From Syncephalis fuscata S228 (lineage: Eukaryota > Fungi > Zoopagomycota), in contig JAHLTZ010000021.1 of the NCBI GenBank assembly GCA_025786725.1, forward strand, positions 310,001-374,000: a DNA stretch of 64,000 nucleotides, written 5' to 3'. Each line of letters starts with the position of its first letter. Position 1 is the stretch's first letter. The notes beneath the pieces are model-generated. The model did no database searches and was not told where the DNA came from. It saw nothing but the letters and a program-made list of their open reading frames with translations. A program made the position numbers and the translations under genes. Shown here piece after piece: positions 14,784 through 26,208 of the stretch.

Positions 14784-16571
14784 ATGATTAGTGCATTTTT
14801 TATTTATAATTTGAAAGGCGATGTACTCATTTCTCGACTTTATCGACAAGATTTAAGGTAACGAGATGAGAATGGCACTTTGAAAGTACTCCAACTGAAC
14901 TATGACGGCTATAGACGCTCAGTTGCCGATGCTTTTCGTATCCAAGTCATTTCGAGTCCTGATGTACGAGCGCCTGTAGTTACGCTTGGCTCTACGTCCT
15001 TCTACCATGTTCGCCATGAGAATATTTACTTGGTGGCGGTTACGCGCTGGAATGCCAATGTAGCCTTGGTATTTGAACTGTGCTATCGAGTCATTTCTTT
15101 AGGCAAAGGTTATTTTGGCCAATTGGATGAGGAGAGTGTTAAGGACAATTTTGTACTTATTTACGAACTATTAGACGGTAATTATTAAATAGCAGCATTA
15201 ATGTTTTAAGTCATTAATAATATTATTAAAATGGTGGTAAATAGAGATTATGGATTTTGGTTATCCACAAAATGCAGATATCGATACTTTGAAGATGTAT
15301 ATTACCACTGAAGGTATTAAATCAGAACGTGCTCTTGTAAGTAGTCATCATACTATTGATAGCAGCATAATGTTATTGGGATAATTAATTATTGTAACTA
15401 CTATCGCTACTAGAAAGAAGCATCTTCGCGAATTACCACTCAAGCACAAGTGCCATAACGTGGCGTAGACCTGGTATTCGTTATCGAAAAAACGAAGCAT
15501 TTATAGATGTTATCGAATCAGTTAATTTATTACTTAGCGCAGAAGGTAGAAGGATAATGCTGTCGATTGTTTAATAGAAAGGATGCTAACACAAAATGGT
15601 GATTATTTAGGCACAGTGCTGACCACCGATGTGTCAGGACAGATTGTAATGCGAGCCTATCTATCAGGCATGCCAGAATGTAAATTTGGATTAAATGAGC
15701 GTATTCTAATTGAAAGTGATCCGACTCAACGTACAACGTAGGTTATAAGCAGTCTAGATGTTATATACTAACAAATTATAATGGAATAGAGCACGTAGAA
15801 CAGATGATGTTGCCATTGCTGATTTCCAGTTTCATCAATGTGTGCAATTGGGCAAATTCGATAGCGAACGTATTATCAGTTTTGTGCCACCCGACGGTGA
15901 ATTTGAACTAATGAAGTGAGTATTAATGAATGATCTATCGAATAGTATAGTAATGTGTCACAAATGGCGTTTTACAATAGATACCGAACACGTGAAAATA
16001 TTAATCTTCCGTTTAAGGTGCGGCCAATGGTCAATGAGACCAATAAACGTCGTATTGAATACAATATATTGGTGCGAGCTACCTTTGCTAGCAAGCTATT
16101 TGCATCTGATGTAGTAATTCGTGTGCCTACGCCACATAATGCTACAAACGTTAATGTTAACGTAAGCGGTGGTAAAGCAAAATATATGCCTGAAGAAAAT
16201 GCCATTGTGTGGAAGTAGGTAGAGCAATGTAGTTAAAATGCTGCTGTTAATCTTTGTAATGACACTATGGCTATGTAGAATACATCGCTTCCAAGGCCAG
16301 TCCGAATTTAGTTTAACAGGAGATTCCGAATTATCTACACTTACTGTACAAAAGGCATGGTCCCGACCACCAATATCAATGGATTTTCAGGTAAACTATA
16401 CTGTTCAATGGCTCAATTATAAAGATGACTTACATTTAATAATAGGTGTTGATGTTTACATCGTCAGGATTACTGGTACGATTCCTTAAAGTGTTTGAAC
16501 GTAGCAATTACCGCTCGGTAAAATGGGTTCGTTACATGACCAAAGCAGGCTCGTATCAAATTCGATTTTAA
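14784..16571 (+). CDS. APM4: AP-2 clathrin adaptor complex mu subunit
   Basis: [97 protein letters not shown]. Apparent 1-nt deletion near 15446. Confidence 0.93.
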
Positions 16572-17157
16572 TTAAATGACCGATTTACGTGCTATAATAT
16601 TTGATGCTGCATTTTGAAATTTCTTAAGAAAGCATTGTTGTTGATGTAAAGTTTTATTAAAGAAAAGCTATAATTTTATTTTAAAAAATATTATGTAATT
16701 GCAGTCATTAGTATTTTTTATATTAAACGTTAAATTATCGTTTTTATGGTAAATTGCCTAATTGATAAGACATCAACCAGTAGTTATAGTAAAGCCGGTA
16801 TAGCTACTAAAATACAGGTGTTTATTAAACTAATATGCCAAAAAGCGAGTGACTTTAATATAGTTGTTTCAGCAATGCGTGCAGGTTAATGCAGCATAAT
16901 GGAAATGAAACATATTTAAACATAGCTTGATATCTTTGTCGTGGGTTGCGGAAAGTACTCTACATTGTTTCATACATGTTTAGCATAATTTAAAACGCGA
17001 TAATAATAAAAACATTATTATGCGCATAAACACGAGTAATATCATGTAAATTCCAATATAAAAGCTATCCAGCAACTAAATAAACTGTCATGTAAATACT
17101 TATACTTATAGCACCTCATTTATCTGTCAATATATTGCAAAATCTCTATTACTAACC

Positions 17158-17619
17158 ATGTACAGCTTTACGACTACTAAAATTGCTTCTACAGCACTAG
17201 TGACCATAGCTATGGTGACACTAGCTGGTCATCTAACCAATGGATCCTCCTTTGACATGGAGAAACGTAGTAATCACGTTATTGGCGAACAGTCTGAAAG
17301 TAGTTTGGCTAAACGAGGCGACGGTACTTTCTACAACATGGAAGGCGGCTATACGGCGTGCGGCGAAAAGCATAGTGATAATGAGGCATACGCAGCCATT
17401 GCTCCCTCTTGGTTTACTGCTGCTGATCCAAATAAAGACCCAATGTGTAAAAAGTGTGCCCTTGTATCCGGACCCAAAGGCCAAGTTAAAGTGCACATCA
17501 ATGACATTTGCCCACCATGTGCGCGCGATAGCATCGATATGACTCCAGGTGCTTTCAATCAAATTGCTGATCCGTCTCAGGGCCGTGTACCTATTAGTTG
17601 GGATTTTACTGACTGTTAA
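17158..17619 (+). CDS. Secreted RlpA-like double-psi beta-barrel (loosenin/expansin-like) protein, intronless
   Basis: Signal-like hydrophobic N-terminus, two KR dibasic sites, GDGTFY..G..ACG, C..C, V.I.D.CP.C...IDMTP.AF..IA....GRVPISW. Confidence 0.85.
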   Translation: MYSFTTTKIASTALVTIAMVTLAGHLTNGSSFDMEKRSNHVIGEQSESSLAKRGDGTFYNMEGGYTACGEKHSDNEAYAAIAPSWFTAADPNKDPMCKKCALVSGPKGQVKVHINDICPPCARDSIDMTPGAFNQIADPSQGRVPISWDFTDC

Positions 17620-18169
17620 ACAGTTAATAAACAATATTTAGATTCGAATACATTTTCCAAAATTACATGTATAGTTTATCAATTGTGGACCTATATCATA
17701 GGTTAATTATTAATATTTTACTGGCACAATTTAGCGAATAAAGGTAGAAATAAAAGTCAAGATATTGTCACTACCTTGTATAAACGGGTATCAAGTAAAA
17801 GGGCTATTTTAAGAGGATTTAAATGCTTATTACCTTATTAAATGATTTTAAATAATAGCATCTTTATATAATTACTATTATACTTTTATACTATTATGTA
17901 CATTATGTATGTAAACTGACTGCTATACTTTAACTATACTACGTCATTTGTACTTTAATTAATAATCTAATTTTTAAAATAATTTAAAACTATTAAATAT
18001 GGTAACAATACCTATGCTACACGATTATATGGTTGCCTATGCTGCAGTTCTTGGCTTTGGTTTATAATAAATTATTTTTTCTTCCTAATTCATGTCTTTA
18101 TTTAAACCAACCAGCATTATCAGTTTATACAGTGCGATATCAAATCGAATTTTTATTTTAACAAATAGC

Positions 18170-19722
18170 ATGCTGGGATTACAAATATTTATGAAAGTGG
18201 ATATTGAGCCCGAACGTGGTGGCAGCGACAATAATGGCACATTTCTTGCACCCACGCCTGCCGAAGCGTATGATCCAATGCAAAATCATCTACAACAACA
18301 AAACGTAAACCAAGCGTTTCCTCGCCTTCAATTAGAAGAAAGACCAGCTGCGCAAATTAATGACAATGCAAATCTATTGTATCTGCCTGGACAAGTAAAT
18401 TCTTGTGCCGCACAGTCGAGTTCTAATCAGAATCTACAGGCATCGCCCAGGTATCTCGTCAACAATGTGCTGCAGCCTAATCGAGATCCACTAGTGATAG
18501 GCATGCTTGGTCGAACACCATCTTATCTTTGTGGCCGTGTGCGTATTTCTTGGAGTGCATCGCATTCGGCAGGCACTGAAGCCAGTCCAAATGGCTCATT
18601 GGTTTTCAACTCGTCCTGCACACCAGTGAAGCTAAAGTTGCACTTTCATGGCCAGTCATATGTGTACGAGGTTCGAAGTAATGGCACTCCTGAGCAAGGC
18701 TCTTATCGACACAAAGCCCATCGCTTCACTATAGTGGATGAGAACTTTGTAATCTGGAATAAGGACAGTGCAAAGGGTGCGTCCAATGCTCATATACGTC
18801 CTGTGTATAATCATGAAACAAAACGTTGCACGCTACTACTGCCATTTCAAATCCGCATTCCAGATGCCATTCCAAATAGCTATAAAACTAAGTTTGGCGA
18901 AGTGGAATATTCACTGAAAGCCAAGCTTACCTATCAGACCAACAACTTTTTCACCAGTCTTAAAGCTAACAGTAAACGTGATGTGACCATAAGACGATGG
19001 GCTGACTTTGGACAATCAGAGAATAATGTGTCGACCGTATTCCGTGTTATAGGCCCTATGCAGCACGGCTGGGCTACGCGTGTAATATTCAAATCCCACG
19101 TTCGTATTATGCCAGCGGTGATACGGCCCAGATAGATGTATTTGTTGGCCCGGGCCTTACAGATTTATTAACTCCCGAATCAAATAGTAACAATGGAAAA
19201 ACACAAGCAATCAGTGGGCTGGCAACGAGCTCTGCGGCAGAACCAAGCGTTAAATTGAAGCGTATATCTGTGCAGTTAACACGGCAAGAGCGTAGTAGCG
19301 GTTTTATTGGCAATAAGAAAAAAACTACAATTACTAAGGTGGACTTTAATGCTCCACCTTACAATCCCATTACAAAAGCATACAATGGTACAATATTTTT
19401 TCCAATTCCTCGCATCGATGCACCATCTCTTCAGGCGCACAAATTTACTGTTGAGTATATTTTAAAAGTAAAGCTGGTAATGCGTGGCAAGTCGGACACA
19501 AAGGCCAAATTTCCGATAACAGCACTATCTGTTACTCGAGACGAGCAATTTATGCCACCAGACACGCAGTATGGCTTACCGTTACATATTCGCAATACAG
19601 GCAATCAGTCATCGGATGGCAGTAGTAATAGCCAACTTGCATTGCCACCAGCACAACAACCACACAGTCAAGGATGGGATCAGTCATATGTTGAGCCGCC
19701 GCCACCTTATTCGTGTGGTTAA
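18170..19722 (+). CDS. Alpha-arrestin-like protein with C-terminal PPPY motif, copy 1 (frameshift ~19055)
   Basis: LPFQIRIPDAIPNSY...GEVEYSLKAKL (arrestin-N-like); RISVQL, VEYILKVKL, KFPIT (arrestin-C-like); terminal EPPPPYSCG. ORFs 18092-19135 and 19255-19722 join if one base is restored (compare copy 2). Start codon uncertain (18170 or 18191). Confidence 0.75.
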
Positions 19723-20186
19723 TATTAATATTAATAATTTAAATTATGCTAATACATCAATGAATTTAATCAGTGCAATGTTATTGAGTTATACCATATC
19801 GCGGCTATGATTTAAGCAACTAATAGGCAAATTTGCAAATGCACTACAGTTATGCTAAAAAGCTGTAAAACTCACATATTTTGTATAAGCATTGTATTTT
19901 GTTTATTTACTTATTTGCTACAATTGTTTAGATAACCAAGTATGCAATCTATGCTGCTTTAAAATACACTGCATCATTCTAAAGTAATTGTTTGACTAAT
20001 AGTATAGTTTACAGTGTATGTTTATTATGTAAATACATCATTGTTACTTTAGTTTACTCTGCCATTTCATTATTACAGATTCTAATGGAAAGTATCAAAC
20101 ATGTGTTTAACATATTTGCTATATTCAAATACAATCTACAAATGATTATTTATACTAGTTTCAATACAATGCTGAATATAATGTAG

Positions 20187-20276
20187 CAACACACGTTGTT
20201 ACACGACAGCACCATATATACGCGGCATAGGTCACATTGATTGCTGTTTGTTCTTTGTTCTATTTAGTCATTTAGT
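20187..20276 (+). promoter_or_regulatory. Conserved ~90-bp candidate core promoter of the F-box-like genes
   Basis: TTGTTACACGACAGCACC(C)ATATATACGCGGCATAGGTCAC... precedes all seven copies; in copy 6 upstream homology stops just beyond it (~46942). Confidence 0.5.
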
Positions 20277-21839
20277 ATGCAGCATATCCCTGTACCTGTT
20301 GTTGAGCGACTTGCGGTGTTTGCCGACGACAAGTCGCTGGTGCTGTTTGCGTCGTGCTCTCAGTGGCTGTGGCAGTGTGTTGGTATACAGCAGCGTGTAT
20401 GGCGACAGCGATATATACAGCACTACACGTTTAAAGACGACGACGAAGTGCAGTGGCTGTCGTGGTACGTACGCACACTGCGAGTGTCTGGCGCACTGGC
20501 AGCAACAAGCAACACGGCGATTGATGTCACCCAGCTGAATGACCATGATATCAACTGGTTCCGTGCATTCTGCATCGACGTGCCACCAGTGCCAACTGGC
20601 TACGAGACAGCCATATCCGATATATGACATAGTCGAAGATACATCGGACAGTGATCAGGTTATAGTATTGCAGCGTATAAGCAATAATAGTCGTATATTG
20701 GGAGAATGTGGTGTTATTGAGCAGTGCCAACCAATAGGGAAACCAAAACACCAACAATTTGGCGCTACGCAAAGTATGCTGTGATGGATTTGATCCAACA
20801 GTCAATGTGGAGCAATTTTTAGTATCAGACAAATTTGTCGTAATTGTCATTAAAAAAACGAATAAGGCCTCTAATGCTGTTGGAACACCATACAATGTTC
20901 TTATCTGGCCAGTACACCGAGTATCAACTATACAGCCATATTCTGTTCCTTATTTATGCAATCGGAAGTCATCTATTCGTGGCCGTTGGCTGTTACTTAA
21001 CTACATTGAAAGAAGTTTAAATCGCAAACTAGCACCACTATCGACAACTCGCGTATTTGATATGGCTACTCGGCAAATATGTATGGGAAGTATACAGAAT
21101 AGCAAAGGAACATCATTTATACAACGAGCCACTGAAGACACTGCTACTGTATTTTACGCATATATAGATAGAGTTGATACTTTTCAAACTGTCCATTGGA
21201 GCGTATGGCAATTTTCTGTTTGCCAGCTAGAAGACAATCCTCAATGTTTAATGCAAGGTGAATTCACTATTACATGCTTAGCAGTTCTTCAATGTCCTGT
21301 GGAAAGACTGGATGATGAGCGTGTGCTTGTAGCAAAACATGTTATGGGTGGTTTTAATGAATCAGCAAATGAAGTAAACAGCGAAGTATTAAGCCTTGCA
21401 GTAATTTTGACTAATTGCGACAATTCAAATCAATCCATGGATAATCAAAAACCTATTTGGTCGCATTATATTAAGATCAGTAAATGGAAAGCGCTTACAT
21501 CTCTTAACAAATTGCTATTATATCCTTTGAAAATGGTGCATTTACAATTTGGTAGACGGTACTATTTTATACCAAATCAATGCAGAAATATTAAGTCCAA
21601 TATTGCCGCGCTATTTTTCATATAGTTTAGAAAATAAGAGTAAAATACAAAACCTTATTGTTTATACTTCTATAGGAGAGCATCCTAAAATAATTGATTT
21701 GATTCAGCCGACTAATAGCAAACGACTTGGTATTGTAGATGCTGAATTGTTGGCTGTAGCATCAGTGAAATCAAACACAACAAATGCACTTGTTATGCAT
21801 TCCAAAGATGGCTATAAAATAGTTGATGTTTCGTGTTAA
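20277..21839 (+). CDS. F-box-like family protein, copy 1 (several apparent frameshifts)
   Basis: MQHIPVPVVERLAVFADDKSLVLFASCSQWLWQCV...VWRQRY fits the F-box pattern. Pieces 20277-20627, 20759-21625 and 21549-21839 align to intact copies 4 and 5. Confidence 0.7.
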
Positions 21840-22252
21840 TAAATACAAATATTGTTTAGTATATTATTTTATTACTGCTTTTAATTTATTTATTTATTGT
21901 TTAGATAATTAAGTATGCAATCTATGCTGATTTAAAATACACTGCATTATTCTAAAGTAATTGTTTGACTAATAGTATAGTTTACAGTGTATGTTTATTA
22001 TGTAAATACATCATTGTTGCCTTTAGTTTACTCTGCCATTTCATTATTACAGATTCTAATGGAAAGTATCAAACGATGTGTTTAACATATTTGCTATATT
22101 CAAATACAATCTACAAATGATTATTTATACTAGTTTCAATACAATGCTGAATATAATGTAGCAACACACGTTGTTACACGACAGCACCCATATATACGCG
22201 GCATAGGTCACATTGATTGCTGTTTGTTCTTTGTTCTATTTAGTCATTTAGT

Positions 22253-23822
22253 ATGCAGCATATCCCTGTACCTGTTGTTGAGCGACTTGCGGTGTTTGCC
22301 GACGACAAGTCGCTGGTGCTGTTTGCGTCGTGCTCTCAGTGGCTGTGGCAGTGTGTTGGTATACAGCAGCGTGTATGGCGACAGCGATATATACAGCACT
22401 ACACGTTTAAAGACGACGACGAAGTACAGTGGCTGTCGTGGTACGTACGCACACTGCGAGTGTCTGGCGCACTGGCAGTAACAAGCAACACGGCGATTGA
22501 TGTCACCCAGCTGAATGACCATGATATCAACTGGTTCCGTGCATTCTGCCATCGACGTGCCACCAGTGCCAACTGGCTACGAGACAAGCCATATCCGATA
22601 TATGACATAGTCGAAGATACATCGGACAGTGATCAGGTTATAGTATTGCAGCGTATAAGCAATAATAGTCGTATATTGGGAGAATGTGGTGTTATTGAGC
22701 AGTGCCAACCAATAGGGAAACCAAAACACCAGCAATTCTGGCGCTTACGCAAAGTATGCTGTGATGGATTTGATCCAGCGGTCAATGTGGAGCAATTTTT
22801 GGTATCAGACAAATTTGTCGTAATTGTCATTAAAAAAACGAATAAGGCCTCTAATGCTGTTGGAATACCATGCAATGTTCTTATCTGGCCAGTACACCGA
22901 GTATCAACTATACAGCCATATTTGCTCCTTATTTATGTAACAATGAAGTGTCTATTTGCGGCCGCTGGTTGTTATTCAACTATATTGAAAAAAGTTTAAA
23001 CCCTAAATTACTGCCACCATCAACAACTCGCGTATTTGATATGGCTACTCGCCAAATGTGCATGGGAAGTATACAGAACATCAACGGAACATCATTTATA
23101 CAACGAGCCACTGAAGACACCGCTACTGTATTTTATGCGTATACAATGCAATTGATACTTTTCAAACTGTCCATTGGAGTGTATGGCAATTTTCTGTTTG
23201 CCAGCTAGAAGACAATCCTCAATGTTTAATGCAAGGTGAATTTATCATTACATACTTGATAGCTCTTCGTTGCCCTGTAGAGAGACTGGATGATGAGCGT
23301 GTGCTTGTAGCAAAACATGTTATGGGTGGTTTTAATGAATCAGCAAATGAAGTAAACAGCGAAGTATTAAGCCTTGCAGTAATTTTGACTAATTGCGACA
23401 ATTCAAATCAATCCATGGATAATCAGAAGCCTATTTGGTCGCATTATATTGGAACTATTGACGCAATGCCAATCATTACTTTCAATGCCGTAGCAATAAT
23501 AGCTACGGAAGGATTGTTTGTATACAGCTTAGCTGATGGTGCCATTTTATCGAAAATTAGTACTGATAAATCGGAATCAATACTACCAAATTATATTTGG
23601 CATAATTTAAACAATAAGTATCAAATACAAAATTTTGTTGTTTGTACTTCCAAAGACAAGTGTACCAAAACAATCGTTGATTTGATTCAGCCAACTAATA
23701 GCAAACGACTTGGTATTGTAGATGCTGAATTGTTGGCCACATTGTCAGTGGAATCAATTACAGCAAATGCATTTGTTATGCATTCCAAAGATGGCTATAA
23801 AATAGTTGATGTTTCGTGTTAA
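22253..23822 (+). CDS. F-box-like family protein, copy 2 (frameshifts ~22922 and ~23145)
   Basis: Same N-terminus; pieces align to intact paralogs; ends YKIVDVSC*. Confidence 0.7.
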
Positions 23823-24235
23823 TAAATACAAATATTGTTTAGTATATTATTTTATTACTGCTTTTAATTTATTTATTTATTGTTTAGATAATTAAGTATG
23901 CAATCTATGCTGATTTAAAATACACTGCATTATTCTAAAGTAATTGTTTGACTAATAGTATAGTTTACAGTGTATGTTTATTATGTAAATACATCATTGT
24001 TGCCTTTAGTTTACTCTGCCATTTCATTATTACAGATTCTAATGGAAAGTATCAAACGATGTGTTTAACATATTTGCTATATTCAAATACAATCTACAAA
24101 TGATTATTTATACTAGTTTCAATACAATGCTGAATATAATGTAGCAACACACGTTGTTACACGACAGCACCCATATATACGCGGCATAGGTCACATTGAT
24201 TGCTGTTTGTTCTTTGTTCTATTTAGTCATTTAGT

Positions 24236-25795
24236 ATGCAGCATATCCCTGTACCTGTTGTTGAGCGACTTGCGGTGTTTGCCGACGACAAGTCGCTGGT
24301 GCTGTTTGCGTCGTGTTCTCAGTGGCTGTGGCAGTGTGTTGGTATACAGCAGCGTGTATGGCGACAGCGATATATACAGTACTACACGTTTAAAGACGAC
24401 GACGAAGTGCAGTGGCTGTCGTGGTACGTACGCACACTGCGAGTGTCTGGCGCACTGGCAGCAACAAGCAACACGGCGATTGATGTCACCCAGCTGAATG
24501 ACCATGATATCAACTGGTTCCGTGCATTCTGCCATCGACGTGCCACCAGTGCCAACTGGCTACGAGACAGGCCATATCCGATATATGACATAGTCGAAGA
24601 TACATCGGACAGTGATCAGGTTATAGTATTGCAGCGTATAAGCAACAATAGTCGTATATTGGGAGAATGTGGTGTTATTGAGCAGTGCCAACCAATAGGG
24701 AAACCAAAACACCAGCAATTCTGGCGCTTACGCAAAGTATGCTGTGATGGATTTGATCCAACAGTCAATGTGGAGCAATTTTTAGTATCAGACAAATTTG
24801 TCGTAATTGTCATTAAAAAAACGAATAAGGCCTCTAATGCTGTTGGAACACCATACAATGTTCTTATCTGGCCAGTACACCGAGTATCAACTATACAGCC
24901 ATATTCTGTTCCTTATTTATGCAATCGGAAGTCATCTATTCGTGGCCGTTGGCTGTTACTTAACTACATTGAAAGAAGTTTAAATCGCAAACTAGCACCA
25001 CTATCGACAACTCGCGTATTTGATATGGCTACTCGGCAAATGTGCATGGGAAGTATACAGAACATCAACGGAACATCATTTATACAACGAGCCACTGAAG
25101 ACACCGTACTGTATTTTATGCGTATACAAATGCAATTGATACTTTTCAAACTGTCCATTGGAGTGTATGGCAATTTTCTGTTTGCCAGCTAGAAGACAAT
25201 CCTCAATGTTTGACACAAGGCAAATTTATCATTACATACTCGTTTGATCTTCGTTGCCCTGTAGAAAGATTGGATGACGAACGTATACTTGTAAAAACTG
25301 TTGCGTGCGGTTTTGATGAATCAGCAAATGAATAAACAGCGAAGTATTAAGCCTTGCAGTGATTTCGACTAATTGCAACAATCCAAATCAATTCACGAAT
25401 AATCAGAAGCCTGTTTGGTCGCATTATATCGAGGTTATTAGTGCTATACCAATTATTACTTCCAATGCCATAGCAATAATAGCTTTAAAGGATTGTCTAT
25501 ATACAGCTTATCTGATGGTACCATGTTGTCACAAATTAATATGGAAGTATTGGAGTCAATAATACCAAATTTTGAATGGCATATATCAAAACTTTGTAAA
25601 ATTCAAAACCTTATTGTTTATACTCATATGGGAGGGCATCCTCAAATAATTGATTTGATTCAGCCGACTAATAACAAACGACTTGGTATTGTAGATGCTG
25701 AATTGTTGGCTGTAGCATCAGTGAAATCAAACACAACAAATGCACTTGTTATGCATTCCAAAGATGGCTATAAAATAGTTGATGTTTCGTGTTAA
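24236..25795 (+). CDS. F-box-like family protein, copy 3 (frameshifts ~25105, ~25332, ~25485)
   Basis: Same N-terminus; pieces align to intact paralogs; ends YKIVDVSC*. Confidence 0.7.
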
Positions 25796-26208
25796 TAAAT
25801 ACAAATATTGTTTAGTATATTATTTTATTACTGCTTTTAATTTATTTATTTATTGTTTAGATAATTAAGTATGCAATCTATGCTGATTTAAAATACACTG
25901 CATCATTCTAAAGTAATTGTTTGACTAATAGTATAGTTTACAGTGTATGTTTATTATGTAAATACATCATTGTTGCCTTTAGTTTACTCTGCCATTTCAT
26001 TATTACAGATTCTAATGGAAAGTATCAAACGATGTGTTTAACATATTTGCTATATTCAAATACAATCTACAAATGATTATTTATACTAGTTTCAATACAA
26101 TGCTGAATATAATGTAGCAACACACGTTGTTACACGACAGCACCCATATATACGCGGCATAGGTCACATTGATTGCTGTTTGTTCTTTGTTCTATTTAGT
26201 CATTTAGT

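Noticed and set aside
20248-20630. Recurring overlapping ORFs (MFFVLFSH... 96 aa on +, ~102-120 aa antisense) at every F-box copy
   Set aside because: The + ORF uses a TTG start and both lie in the GC-rich, stop-poor 5' module. Recurrence only reflects nucleotide identity of the copies, and stops appear in some.
20277-25795. Frameshifts in copies 1-3 and the arrestins as programmed phase variation or pseudogenisation
   Set aside because: Similar single-base deletions also hit conserved genes (AP-2 mu ~15446, MGMT, YAF9 ~38260, cyclophilin), which is typical of unpolished long-read consensus. Cannot be called real without reads.
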